Below are positions 26,622 through 34,870 of a stretch of DNA of 38,313 nt, in pieces (within the stretch, counting starts at the first letter, position 1; every line of letters begins with the position of its first letter). Below the pieces are notes generated by a model. The model was given only the letters and a program-made list of their open reading frames with translations. It ran no database searches and was not told where the DNA came from. This stretch comes from a virus. Its lineage: Duplodnaviria; Caudoviricetes. The translations under genes were made by a program, and so were the position numbers. The stretch is taken from IMG/VR virus record IMGVR_UViG_3300030397_000658, positions 1 through 38,313 of that record; one strand, given 5' to 3'.

Positions 26622-26903
26622 ATGATAAAAGTAGTACACAATAGATTTTCTGAACTCCTTGCCATAAAGGAACGGAAAGAAGGTCGTTCCTATTCTCGTA
26701 GAGAAATTGTTGAGGCGACAGGTATATCACTTACCAGTGTTCAGAATTGGGCATTGAATCGTGTTACTCAATTCCAATCCGAGCAGATTCTCGCATTTTG
26801 TAATTTTTTTGAGTGTGATATTCAGGATTTGCTGGTCATTGATGAGATGGCATTATCCGAAGGTGAACTGCCGGGGCAATTAGTTGGAGCTTTAGCGGGC
26901 TAG
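26622..26903 (+). CDS. Xre/Cro-C1-type HTH repressor
   Basis: SRREIVEATGISLTSVQNW helix-turn-helix and FCNFFECDIQDLL motif; RBS AGGAG. Confidence 0.85.
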   Translation: MIKVVHNRFSELLAIKERKEGRSYSRREIVEATGISLTSVQNWALNRVTQFQSEQILAFCNFFECDIQDLLVIDEMALSEGELPGQLVGALAG

Positions 26904-27035
26904 CCTTCAAAACTTAGCCACTAAAGCTCCTACGGAATAGGGCATAACTGCCCAGGATTAAACGGGAGGTTAATCCCGATTGCACCTTAACAAACAGATA
27001 GAGATAACAAAATTGTTACAAGTCTTACATTAAGC

Positions 27036-27061
27036 AAAAAGAGCCTGCTTAGAGGCTCTTG
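27036..27061. terminator. Hairpin terminator between repressor and integrase
   Basis: AAAAAGAGCCT-GCTTAG-AGGCTCTT. Confidence 0.65.
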
Positions 27062-27154
27062 TGGTGACATAGGGATGTGAGTGTTTTCAGTGTTGCCCAC
27101 CTGGAACCCCTTTTTGTGACTCGTTTCAGTTCCCTTACGGGAGAACTGCATCTG

Positions 27155-27192
27155 AGGATGTAGGAGTCGAACCTACAACCTTCGGTTGTAGG
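27155..27192 (-). other. Putative attP core: 3' fragment of a tRNA gene (variable loop and T-arm)
   Basis: Minus strand reads CCGAAGGTT-GTAGG-TTCGACT-CCTAC, a canonical T-arm, just past the integrase stop. No 5' tRNA half is present. Confidence 0.7.
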
Positions 27193-27208
27193 GACTCATT
27201 GAGTCACT

Positions 27209-28147
27209 CTACCCGGTTCTATCGGTGAGTGTGATGATGTCCTTATTTTCGGGCTTATCTGCGAGTAAAAGAGCAGCACCTTCCTGGATAAATTTTTCTT
27301 CCTTCGGTGCATAGAACTTGATGAAAATTTCCTCGCTATCATTGAGGAGACCCGCGGCAACTGACAGGGGTAAATTCCGGGCTGCTTTATGCCCTTTCGC
27401 ATGGCGCAAGCTGTGTGGTCCCCATGAGCCGCAATCGGCTCGCTGACACCAGATGCGAAAACGCCGGGCGAGATTATTGGCTTTGATGCCCTTGCCATTG
27501 ATTGAAAAGACGTTCTCCCCTGCATGATGTAGTAACCATCTTCTAAGAACTTTTGCCGTATCTTCCCCGAAATAATAAATATTGGGTTCGGGTCTGCCCT
27601 TCTCAAATAAGAGAACACGATAGATTTTTTGATTGTTTTGAATAATTGGTTTATCTAATAAGAGCCTGTCACGGCTTAAGCCAGCGGCACCTCCGATGCG
27701 ACAGCCTGTATCGGCTAAGAAGCGGATGAGGGCAAGGGGACGCGGGTCATTATTCACTTTTTCCCATTGTTCATAGAATGTGATGAGCCGGAATAAAGTT
27801 GCTTCGGGCATGGCTTTAGATTTCGGGATGCTTTCCCGGATTGATTTTTTCTTGATTGCTTTTGCGGGACTGTCCTCAATTAGATTCAGTTTTACACACC
27901 AGTTGAAGAATGTTCTCAGGGTTTTGACATATTTATTGTAGGTTGCGGGTGATTTGACCTGTGGTCTTTCGTCTACTACCCCCATGTATTTGATGAGGTC
28001 AATTGATGAGATGGTGCTTAGGTCTCGCTCCAGTGAGAGGAAGCGGGTGCCGAGATCCATTAAAGGGGATTTGTAGGATGCTGCTGAACTGGTGCTGTAC
28101 TGAGACAGGAATAGCTCAATGCAGTCCCCGAGGGAATGATTATTCAT
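27209..28147 (-). CDS. int: Phage integrase (tyrosine recombinase)
   Basis: SAM-like N-domain (TYNKYVKTLRTFFNW), TGCRIG, EKG, HSLRH and a terminal Tyr (KFY); adjacent tRNA fragment. Confidence 0.85.
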   Translation of the reverse strand: MNNHSLGDCIELFLSQYSTSSAASYKSPLMDLGTRFLSLERDLSTISSIDLIKYMGVVDERPQVKSPATYNKYVKTLRTFFNWCVKLNLIEDSPAKAIKKKSIRESIPKSKAMPEATLFRLITFYEQWEKVNNDPRPLALIRFLADTGCRIGGAAGLSRDRLLLDKPIIQNNQKIYRVLLFEKGRPEPNIYYFGEDTAKVLRRWLLHHAGENVFSINGKGIKANNLARRFRIWCQRADCGSWGPHSLRHAKGHKAARNLPLSVAAGLLNDSEEIFIKFYAPKEEKFIQEGAALLLADKPENKDIITLTDRTG

Positions 28148-28239
28148 GTGAAGTCCTATTTATTATTTTTGCTATTTTCTATTCCACAAGAAATTATAAC
28201 ACGTTTTTATTTAAGGGCTGGAACTGTAGGAGGTGACAT

Positions 28240-28656
28240 ATGCCGGACAATAGAGATTGGACAAGTACACAACGTGCGTTTATGAGAGGAAGTTTACCAA
28301 AAGACTTGCAAGAGGTGGAACAAAATGAATTTCCCTCCGGTTTCGATTTGCCGGATGTAAAAGTGACCCGGGCATGGGTGAGCCGGAAATATATCGTACA
28401 GCAATGGGAGCGGGAGGATAGTAAGGTGATTCGCCTTTCGATTTGCCGGGTTCGCCGGAATGGACGTGGTGGCTGGGATGATGGCTTGACCTGGGATGAG
28501 CTTCAGGAGATTAAGTCTGCTGTTGGCTACGGAGATCGGTACGGGATTGAAATCTACCCTCGTGAAATCGATGTGGTCAATGTTGCAAACTTTCGTCACA
28601 TCTGGTTACTGGAGTCTCCGCTTGACATTGGCTGGTTTAAAGATAGCTCGGAATAA
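28240..28656 (+). CDS. Conserved phage protein of unknown function
   Basis: LTWDELQEIK...EIYP...VVNVANFRHIW pattern seen in a widespread phage family; RBS AGGAGG. Confidence 0.75.
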   Translation: MPDNRDWTSTQRAFMRGSLPKDLQEVEQNEFPSGFDLPDVKVTRAWVSRKYIVQQWEREDSKVIRLSICRVRRNGRGGWDDGLTWDELQEIKSAVGYGDRYGIEIYPREIDVVNVANFRHIWLLESPLDIGWFKDSSE

Positions 28657-28782
28657 GGGTGTTTCCACAGAGGAATGATTTATCCGTACCCGGGATTACA
28701 GGGGGAGATGGAGGTGGATGGCGGGCTTGACTGCCCTTAGCCGGGTGGCAATGGCTGGACGAATGGTCGGAATAGATAGGAG

Positions 28783-28995
28783 GTGGTTATGGACAAAGAG
28801 CAGCAAGAGGTTTTGCAATTATTCGAGCAGAAGGCTGATGCTGAAGAGTGGTACACGATTGAGCAGGTGAGTCAGAAAACGGAACTGGCGAGAAGCCGGG
28901 CGATTCATGCGCTGGTTGCTCTGTGGATGATAGGCGCTCTCGAATGGGAATGGTCGGATCAGGGGATGGTTTACAACCTGGCATCCGGGGAATAG
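28783..28995 (+). CDS. Small winged-helix DNA-binding protein
   Basis: WYTIEQVSQKTELARSRAIHALVAL...VYNL wHTH pattern; RBS AGGAGG. Confidence 0.6.
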   Translation: MVMDKEQQEVLQLFEQKADAEEWYTIEQVSQKTELARSRAIHALVALWMIGALEWEWSDQGMVYNLASGE

Positions 28996-29131
28996 AGAAG
29001 AGGGATGGGAGTCCTGAGGGACAAGACTCCCATCTACGTAAAGTGCGAACACTCCACGCTCGCGTTTAGTGTAGCGCACCCATGATAGCAGGAATAGTTG
29101 AGATTTGCGCCATTAGTTACAGGAGATAAAA

Positions 29132-29938
29132 ATGAAAGTCATAACATTTCTGAATGAAAAGGGCGGGGTTGGTAAAACGACGCTGGCGTTACATATCGCT
29201 CAGGCGAGCGCTGCACAGGGACTGCGGGTGATGCTGATTGATGCTGATGCACAGGGTCATGCGACCTTGCGTAGTGGATTAGGAAAATCTGCTGGCTTAT
29301 ATGATTTGATGGTGCGGGATGCTGAGTGGTCTCAGGTGGCTAAGGCGATCCCCCGTGACCGATGGGAGCTGCCCGGCGGAGTCTCTCCTGAGAGTGGCAG
29401 GTTATATGTTGTGCCGAGCAATGTGGAGACGCGCAATATTGCGGGTGCTATCGACAATGTGACGCGACTTGCCGAGCGCTTAGAAGAGCTTGCTTATAGC
29501 CAGTCAATTGACCTGGTGGTAATTGATACCTCCCCTACCCCATCGTTGTTGCACGCGACTATTTATCTGGCTACGGATGGGATTATCTTCCCGACTTCGC
29601 TGGCGTTTACCTCATTTGATGGTCTGGTCGAGGGTATGAAGCATAAATTAGGTGCTGACAAGGGGCGTAAAACCCGCTTTGAACTCCCTGCTATTGATGT
29701 TCTGGGGATTGTGCCGATTATGACCCGTCTCAACACGAATGAGCAAGCTGATAACTTATCGAAATTAAAAGAACAGTTCGGGGATAAGGTCTGGGATGAT
29801 TTACCCCTGCGTACTTTATGGACCGAAACTGAGAGCCGGATGCTCCCGGTGTGGCAACTGGATAGCAGCCATGATGCTACAGTGGAATTCTGGCAATTGT
29901 ATAAACGATTGGAGCAGGTGATTTATGTCAAGGCGTGA
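29132..29938 (+). CDS. parA: ParA-family partition ATPase
   Basis: Deviant Walker A NEKGGVGKTT, IDADAQGHAT and VVIDTSP. Confidence 0.95.
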   Translation: MKVITFLNEKGGVGKTTLALHIAQASAAQGLRVMLIDADAQGHATLRSGLGKSAGLYDLMVRDAEWSQVAKAIPRDRWELPGGVSPESGRLYVVPSNVETRNIAGAIDNVTRLAERLEELAYSQSIDLVVIDTSPTPSLLHATIYLATDGIIFPTSLAFTSFDGLVEGMKHKLGADKGRKTRFELPAIDVLGIVPIMTRLNTNEQADNLSKLKEQFGDKVWDDLPLRTLWTETESRMLPVWQLDSSHDATVEFWQLYKRLEQVIYVKA

Positions 29939-31772
29939 TGAAAGAAAAGCAAATCCATTTGACCTTCCGACTGCTGATATTGATGAGGTTGCTGATGGGA
30001 TTTTCGGCAAGAGTGACCCCTCACCTCTGAACACGGGTGTTATGCGGGCGAGACCGATTGAGATTATGACAATTCGTCCTGACCGGGCGCAGCCGAGACG
30101 GGCGATTCCGATGGTGGTTCAACTTGAGTGGGATGGACGCCCGGAGGCTATCCCCGAATTGCTCAGGCACTGGTATGAGGCGAGTGTACATCAGTACGGC
30201 AAGCATTTCGATGTGGAGGCGATTCTGCTGGGGCGTGATTCGCTTGAGATGGATGCTATCCCCAAAGTAAAAGAGTATGAAGAATTAGTCAATGCAGGTG
30301 AGGCTGAGGATGTCAGTCCTCCTGAGACGGCACTGGTGGCTGATTTCAATAAGCTGCTCAACCTTGCTGCAAGTATTCACAATGAAGGATTAACCAATCC
30401 TATCACGGTGGTACGTCGTGGTCAGGGTTGGATGATTGAAACGGGTGAGCGACGGTATCTTGCCCATCATCTACTGAGTGCTTATGTGGATGCTGAAAAG
30501 TATGCTCGTATCCCTGCAAGAGAAGTTGAATTCGATATTTATCGTCAGGCATCGGAGAACAACAACCGTGACGGGCTGAATGCGATTCAGATGGCACGTC
30601 AGATTGCTTTGCTGATTATGGCAGAGCGAGAGGGTATGGATGGTACGTCGTATCAGTCGATTGATGAGATGGTGTATCCCGGGGAGTGTGACCGGAAATT
30701 TTACGCTCAGGTAGCGAATGGGAATGTTCATCGCATCCCTTCCGGGTCAGGTGACAAGATGGCTAATGCGCTAGGGATGAGCATGAATCGTATAAGCCAT
30801 TATCGCAAGTTGCTGGCTCCGACTGATGATGATTCTTTGAACGATAAAATCTGGCTTGAAGCTGATGCCAATAATTGGACAGAGAATTACATCCGAACCT
30901 TTACGACCGTAAAGGTTGCCGAACGGGATGAGAGGTTAACCACGGTTAACCACCCCGAGCCGGAAGATGAGCCAGAGCAGACTGCTGAGGGCTATTCGTG
31001 GGGGAGTGAAGAACTTGCAAGCCCAGCCCAGCCCACCTCTGGTTCAGGGGGCTTAGACCCTGTGACGCGGCGCGAATTGAAAGATGAGTATCTGCATAAG
31101 CGGGTGCGATTGCGTGGTGGTAAGCAGGGCATTGTGGTCAATGTGGAGACAAGGGGCTTACGGGTCAAGCTGGATGATGGTGCGACTATTCTGGTGGATG
31201 AGCGGGTGGTTGAAAGTAAGATTTACCTCCCGGGTGAGGCTGACCCCGGGACACGGCGGGTGATTAATCCGCCAAACCACAATCTCCGTTCATTGATAGG
31301 TAAGACCATTTATGTTCGCGGGAATGCTTTTGTTGTGGATGATGTACAAGCCAATGGAATGATAAACACTCATTCGGTGCCAGGCAGAGTCGGGCATTCT
31401 TTTACACAGGATGTTATCAGCCTGACACCTCCACCGGACACGATAGATCGTGTCCCTACGGAAGCTCAGAGTAATGCCCTTTCCTCAGAGCATCTGGTTC
31501 AGAAGCTTGGAGCAAGTCAGTTGATTTCTCAGTTGAGACTGATTGCCGGGGTCGTTGGTGAGGATGGGTGCGTTCACTATCTGAATAATTTATTGAAGCT
31601 GGGGTCGTATGACCTCAAGCGGATGAGTGAGAATATGAGCAAAGATGAGTTTTTGGCGCATGTAAAACGGCGCTTGACATCGGTGCAACTGATGCTTGAA
31701 ACGGTTCAGTCTGAGTTCGTCGCGTTTTGTGATGGCTGGGATGAGCTAGATGACGATTTACGGATTGATTGA
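29925..31772 (+). CDS. parB: ParB-family partition protein with C-terminal extensions
   Basis: PDRAQPRR, LAASIHNEGLTNPI, GERRY and ENNNRDGLNAI motifs; downstream of parA. Confidence 0.9.
   Translation: MSRRDERKANPFDLPTADIDEVADGIFGKSDPSPLNTGVMRARPIEIMTIRPDRAQPRRAIPMVVQLEWDGRPEAIPELLRHWYEASVHQYGKHFDVEAILLGRDSLEMDAIPKVKEYEELVNAGEAEDVSPPETALVADFNKLLNLAASIHNEGLTNPITVVRRGQGWMIETGERRYLAHHLLSAYVDAEKYARIPAREVEFDIYRQASENNNRDGLNAIQMARQIALLIMAEREGMDGTSYQSIDEMVYPGECDRKFYAQVANGNVHRIPSGSGDKMANALGMSMNRISHYRKLLAPTDDDSLNDKIWLEADANNWTENYIRTFTTVKVAERDERLTTVNHPEPEDEPEQTAEGYSWGSEELASPAQPTSGSGGLDPVTRRELKDEYLHKRVRLRGGKQGIVVNVETRGLRVKLDDGATILVDERVVESKIYLPGEADPGTRRVINPPNHNLRSLIGKTIYVRGNAFVVDDVQANGMINTHSVPGRVGHSFTQDVISLTPPPDTIDRVPTEAQSNALSSEHLVQKLGASQLISQLRLIAGVVGEDGCVHYLNNLLKLGSYDLKRMSENMSKDEFLAHVKRRLTSVQLMLETVQSEFVAFCDGWDELDDDLRID
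30896..30951. promoter_or_regulatory. Two palindromes inside parB, parS candidates
   Basis: AACCTTTACG-AC-CGTAAAGGTT (30896-30917) and GGTTAACC-AC-GGTTAACC (30934-30951). Confidence 0.6.
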
Positions 31773-31774
31773 AC

Positions 31775-31799
31775 CGGGCGGGTGGTATCCCGTCCATAC
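31775..31799 (-). repeat. REP-like hairpin, copy 7 (diverged), right after parB
   Basis: CGGGCGGGTGGTATCCCGTCCATAC. Confidence 0.65.
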
Positions 31800-31812
31800 A
31801 GGGGATTTTCTT

Positions 31813-33147
31813 ATGGTTACGTCACGATTTGAAGAATATAAGCGCTTTAATGGTTTCGCGATGATGAGTCGCTGGAATAATCGGCATGAGCCGCCAGTTG
31901 ATTGGTTCGGTGCGTTTGATGCTCTGTTGCGAGAGGTCAAACATGCGGATTACCAGTATATGGATGCTGTGCTGATGAGATTGCTCGGGCGCGATTCGGT
32001 GGCTGTGTTGATGGTGCGACACTTGCTGGCATGGTTTCCGAAAACGATTCGCTCTGATGGTGCTATCTGGCGTAATGCTGATGAATGGTCTCGCTATTGC
32101 GGTATCAGTGAATCGCAGGTTTACAACAAAACACGGCGGGAGCGCTTGTGCCGGATTGGTATCTCTTGCTGGAATGAGAGAGCTTATGGTGAGAAACAAT
32201 TGCACTTTAAGCTGGATGTTCATGTGTTATCGGCTGCGATTGCCCGGACGCTGGGCATCGGTATCAGCAAGCTCAAGGCGATTTGCTGGCGTGAAAAAGA
32301 GGTCAGTTCTGCTGAAGCGAAGGACGGTTCTCTTAATGGCAAGGTCGGTTCTCTCCCAGGAAAGAACCCATTAACAAGAAAAACAACAGAAAAAACAACA
32401 GATAAACAAACAAATAAAACTAACAGAGTCGGTCAGCTTTTGAATTTATCTTCTGTTGAGGAAATTTTTGACAGAATGATTGATTTCGGCTGGTTGACGA
32501 CTGCTGATAAGAGTCTGTTATCCGGTATTAGCCGGGAGAACGTGGTGGCTTGCCTCGGGAGTTTTGAGGAAGCTGATGTGAGGTATCCCCGGAAGTATCT
32601 GAGTAAGGCGCTGAGGGCGCATGTGCCGAAAAGTTATGCGGTGCCGGAAAATTTGCAGCGTATTTATGATGCTCCTCCGACATTTCATCGATGCACAGAA
32701 TGTGGAGCAAAGCTCTTTGAATGGTCATCCGAGTGTTCTAACTGTAGGAAAAATGATGTGAAGGATGCTGGTGGTGATGAGAGTGTCTTGATGCCCATAT
32801 GCCAGAGATTACATGGTGGGTGGTCTAATGCTCAGGATTGCTGGGATGCAACATTCAATCAACTGAGAATGCAACTGGATCGGGCTAGCTTTGATACCTG
32901 GTTACAACATGCGAGATTACTTAGTTGCAATAATGACAGACATCCCGGGAAATATGAGTTTGTGGTGGGTGTTCACAATTCTTATGCCCAGGACATGCTC
33001 CAGCATCGGCTTTATCGCAATGTGCGACGGGTGCTGAGTGATGTTACGCGTAAGGATGTTGAGATTAAATTCGAGAATACCGGGGAGAAGCCCCCTGCTG
33101 AGGGTGAGCCTCTATTCCGGTTTATGAGAGCAGGAGAAACAGGATGA
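31813..33147 (+). CDS. Replication initiator: N-terminal wHTH-like region, zinc ribbon, C-terminal DnaA domain-I-like region
   Basis: TRKTTEKTT linker typical of phage initiators, CTEC/CSNC, and WDATFNQLRMQLDRASFDTWL...VHNSYAQDMLQHRL resembling the DnaA N-terminus. The start may be 31750. Confidence 0.75.
   Translation: MVTSRFEEYKRFNGFAMMSRWNNRHEPPVDWFGAFDALLREVKHADYQYMDAVLMRLLGRDSVAVLMVRHLLAWFPKTIRSDGAIWRNADEWSRYCGISESQVYNKTRRERLCRIGISCWNERAYGEKQLHFKLDVHVLSAAIARTLGIGISKLKAICWREKEVSSAEAKDGSLNGKVGSLPGKNPLTRKTTEKTTDKQTNKTNRVGQLLNLSSVEEIFDRMIDFGWLTTADKSLLSGISRENVVACLGSFEEADVRYPRKYLSKALRAHVPKSYAVPENLQRIYDAPPTFHRCTECGAKLFEWSSECSNCRKNDVKDAGGDESVLMPICQRLHGGWSNAQDCWDATFNQLRMQLDRASFDTWLQHARLLSCNNDRHPGKYEFVVGVHNSYAQDMLQHRLYRNVRRVLSDVTRKDVEIKFENTGEKPPAEGEPLFRFMRAGETG
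32300..32428. promoter_or_regulatory. Putative replication origin inside the initiator gene
   Basis: GGWCRGTTCT at 32301, 32322 and 32343 (21-bp period), followed by an A-rich tract at 32371-32426. Confidence 0.65.
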
Positions 33148-33455
33148 GAACAGCACAGGAAATTCAGGGACTTTATGAGGTGTATCTTGAGAGCTTATGC
33201 CCGGGTGAGGTCAGGCTCGGATATGACGAGTTTTTAGAACAGATGCTGATTGCCACTGAAGAGGAGAATCGGGTGCTGGTGGATGAGCTTTGTAATTATC
33301 AGAATGCTGCTGATGCTACCCATCGTCATTATCTTCAGGAACGGGATAGGCGGGAGAATGCCGAAACGATGGTCGCTACGATTAGTGCCTTGATCAATTC
33401 GGATCAGGTGGCGTTGCTCGGGCATTATCTTTCCGGTTGTGAGATGTGGAATTAG
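33144..33455 (+). CDS. Hypothetical coiled-coil protein
   Basis: ATGA-coupled to the initiator; RBS AGGAG. Confidence 0.65.
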   Translation: MRTAQEIQGLYEVYLESLCPGEVRLGYDEFLEQMLIATEEENRVLVDELCNYQNAADATHRHYLQERDRRENAETMVATISALINSDQVALLGHYLSGCEMWN

Positions 33456-33462
33456 GGGGTGG

Positions 33463-33978
33463 ATGATGTTTAATTTTACACCGGATGATCATCAACAAGA
33501 AGCTCTACAAGTTCCATACATAGAAGATGCCCGTGCTGATATGGCGCGGTTGTATTCATCAGATAAAACGATCAATCAGGCAAAGAGTGAAATTGAGATT
33601 AATCTTGCTCGATTGGGAGCTGCGCTCGTGTCGTTGCAAAGCGGGACATTCAATGTGAATGGGCAGGACCGTATTGGTTATGTGTTGCGCTTCCGATGGC
33701 ATGGTGCTGAGGGGAATTTCCCGATTGCTGGATTGCCGATACGTAAACGGACGGAGGCGAAAGAGCGTCAGGTGCGGGTACAGGCTTTGCTCAATATTGC
33801 TGCCTGGCTTGATACTTGCTGGGCATTGCAAGTCTTTAGTCCACAGTCGATGCCATTGATTCAATATCTGCTTACGGGAGATGGTAAGCGTGTTATTGAC
33901 CACATGCTGGCGAGTGGTGCTGTTCCGATGTTATCTGCTCCTCAAGATGATGTGATTGATGCAGAGTTTGAGGAGTAG
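33463..33978 (+). CDS. Hypothetical protein
   Basis: About 171-aa ORF with acidic tail DDVIDAEFEE. Confidence 0.7.
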   Translation: MMFNFTPDDHQQEALQVPYIEDARADMARLYSSDKTINQAKSEIEINLARLGAALVSLQSGTFNVNGQDRIGYVLRFRWHGAEGNFPIAGLPIRKRTEAKERQVRVQALLNIAAWLDTCWALQVFSPQSMPLIQYLLTGDGKRVIDHMLASGAVPMLSAPQDDVIDAEFEE

Positions 33979-34179
33979 ATGATGGGACGAATCAGACGTG
34001 CGAGGTGTTCAGATTGTGGTGAGCGTGAAAGACTTCATGTGATTGCTGAGACCCCCGGTAATCAGCGCTCCCGGAAGTTTACGCTTGCCTGGTTATATTG
34101 TCAGGTGTGTGGTCGGGTGTTCAGTGCTACGGATTGGGGCAAGGCGAGTAAGGCTGCTGTCAGCAGGGGAGGGAAATAG
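33979..34179 (+). CDS. Small zinc-finger protein
   Basis: CSDC...CQVC; RBS GAGGAG. Confidence 0.65.
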   Translation: MMGRIRRARCSDCGERERLHVIAETPGNQRSRKFTLAWLYCQVCGRVFSATDWGKASKAAVSRGGK

Positions 34180-34182
34180 GTT

Positions 34183-34752
34183 ATGTTATTCAAGGAAGAT
34201 TTAGCTCAGAAGATTTTGCTGGGTGAGAAAACTCAGACACGCCGTCCGGTTAAGCCGGGTGAGACTCTGGTTGAGCGGGATGGTCTCAAGACGGTGCTGA
34301 CGGCTGCTGGTCGGATTAAATATCAGGTGAGGCGGGATTATGCTGTGCAAACTAAGCGTGGTAAGCCCGGTCACTGGTATGACACAAAGCACAGGACTCT
34401 GTTTGGTTATGAGCAATATGATTGGTTGGTTGCTGATCAGGGTCAAGTATCGGCTGAGTGGATAATGCACCGGAATGGTGTACGGAAGATGCGGATACGG
34501 GTGACTGATATTCATCAGGAAGATGTGCGGACTATATCCGTTGCTGATTCGTTCGCTGAGGGGTTCTATAACCCATATGGATTTCTTAAGACATGGTGCG
34601 GGTTCTATGATGAGCCGGGGCTGGCTATCTTAGAACTTAAGCAATCATTCATTATGGATTACGGGATTACAGGTGTGCTGGATGAGCGTCCTGATGAGTT
34701 GTATCAGGGGTTTGCTTACACGTTCGAGTTGCTGGAGGCATCTGATGCTTGA
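34183..34752 (+). CDS. ASCH (PUA-like) domain protein
   Basis: ILLGEKTQTRR signature and IRVTDIHQEDVRTIS...AEGF. Confidence 0.8.
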   Translation: MLFKEDLAQKILLGEKTQTRRPVKPGETLVERDGLKTVLTAAGRIKYQVRRDYAVQTKRGKPGHWYDTKHRTLFGYEQYDWLVADQGQVSAEWIMHRNGVRKMRIRVTDIHQEDVRTISVADSFAEGFYNPYGFLKTWCGFYDEPGLAILELKQSFIMDYGITGVLDERPDELYQGFAYTFELLEASDA

Positions 34753-34870
34753 GATTTTATGTCTCTGGTTTGTTGGTTCGGTGATTATCGGGATGCTGCT
34801 CGGTCAGGCGATTGCTATGTTATCCCAGCCATGTGAGGAGGGTTCCGGTGAGCAAAAAGACTGTCAATGA
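34745..34870 (+). CDS. Small single-TM protein (41 aa)
   Basis: RBS GGAGG; ILCLWFVGSVIIGMLLGQAIAML helix. Confidence 0.5.
   Translation: MLEILCLWFVGSVIIGMLLGQAIAMLSQPCEEGSGEQKDCQ

Noticed and set aside
27120-27210. Complete tRNA gene
   Set aside because: Only the variable loop and T-arm are recognisable; there is no D-arm, anticodon stem or matching acceptor 5' strand.
31750-31812. Initiator N-terminus starting at 31750
   Set aside because: This stretch overlaps parB and a REP hairpin. ATG 31813 with an upstream AGGGG is the more plausible start, though not certain.
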